NCBI RefSeq assembly: GCF_058153355.1
Contig: NZ_CM177019.1
Direction: 5' to 3' (one strand)
DNA: 64,000 nt
This document shows, in pieces, positions 63,619 through 64,000 of the stretch; positions within the stretch are counted from its first letter, which is position 1, and every line of letters begins with the position of its first letter. Under the pieces are notes generated by a model that was not told where the DNA came from, made no database searches, and saw only the letters and a list, made by a program, of their open reading frames with translations. The translations under genes and the position numbers were made by a program.

Positions 63619-63881
63619 CTGGTGCAGTATTACGGTATTTTACTGATGATTGCGCCAGCAAAAGGAAAAGGCCAAATAATGGTAAAGGGCGACTAAGGGT
63701 AACAGCGCCAGACCGGAAAGGGCCAAAAGGCTAAAAGGCCTTAACACTGGCGCAGTTTGATGTTTATCCAATAATATCTGGCGCAGTCCTGACATAGACA
63801 GGTGACAGCGGACTGGTGCAGTAAATGGTGACATTGAACTGGTGCGGATACGATGTATTGGGAAATCAGTTTCTGGTGCAG
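63619..63881 (+). repeat. array of 6 direct CTGG(T/C)GCAG motifs downstream of the recombinase gene, inverted relative to the upstream cluster
   Basis: Copies at 63619, 63747, 63778, 63813, 63839 (CTGGTGCGG) and 63873; spacings 26-35 bp for the last five. Confidence 0.7.
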
Positions 63882-63906
63882 ATTATCTGGCAGCTATCGT
63901 CTGGAG

Positions 63907-64000
63907 ATTATTCACTGTGAATAATTTTCGTTATTTGCCTATTGATTCATAATATATTGATAGGTTTTCGTACAAAATTATTCTACGTCGAATAATTTTG
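63907..64000. promoter_or_regulatory. further palindromic sites at the window edge
   Basis: ATTATTCAC-T-GTGAATAAT at 63907..63925 and CAAAATTATTC-TACGTC-GAATAATTTTG at 63973..64000; the half-site resembles the 63467 palindrome. Confidence 0.5.

Larger units (their letters stand above)
48217..64000. mobile_element. genomic island integrated at asnT (partial; continues beyond window end)
   Basis: Begins at the asnT 3' remnant; content is accessory (OLD/UvrD pair, IS66 plus group II intron, pemIK, recombinase) and replaces the intact asnT. Confidence 0.6.

Overview
The window is an Escherichia coli-type chromosomal segment in three blocks. (1) Positions 1..~25900 are a CP4-44/CP4-57-like integrative element: paired Cys-rich proteins, an inovirus Gp2-family protein, AlpA, an intact IS100 and an intact IS66-family element (both with target-site duplications), a YeeP-like GTPase, then a cargo operon of dynamin-like GTPase, 301-aa partner and patatin-like phospholipase, two small secreted proteins, and the usual DUF932 / antirestriction / RadC-like yeeS / yeeT / cbeA / cbtA / yeeW backbone followed by an IS110-family element. 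(2) Positions ~26000..48000 are conserved core genes in reverse K-12 order: cobU-cobS-cobT, ldtA, tRNA-Asn, nac, cbl, tRNA-Asn, yeeO, tRNA-Asn, yeeN, amn, shiA, yeeL and the giant adhesin gene yeeJ. (3) Positions 48217..64000 are an island inserted at asnT, of which only a 16-nt 3' remnant is left at 48201..48216. It carries a decayed OLD-family ATPase/nuclease plus UvrD-like helicase pair (Gabija-like), a truncated IS66 copy split by a group II intron, a P-loop NTPase gene pair, a Ner-like regulator, pemIK, and a tyrosine recombinase flanked by inverted arrays of a 9-11 bp motif. The best candidate for an undescribed system is the tightly coupled dynamin-like GTPase / 301-aa / patatin phospholipase operon at 13051..17416. 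All family assignments come from motif reading and recall; no database search was run.
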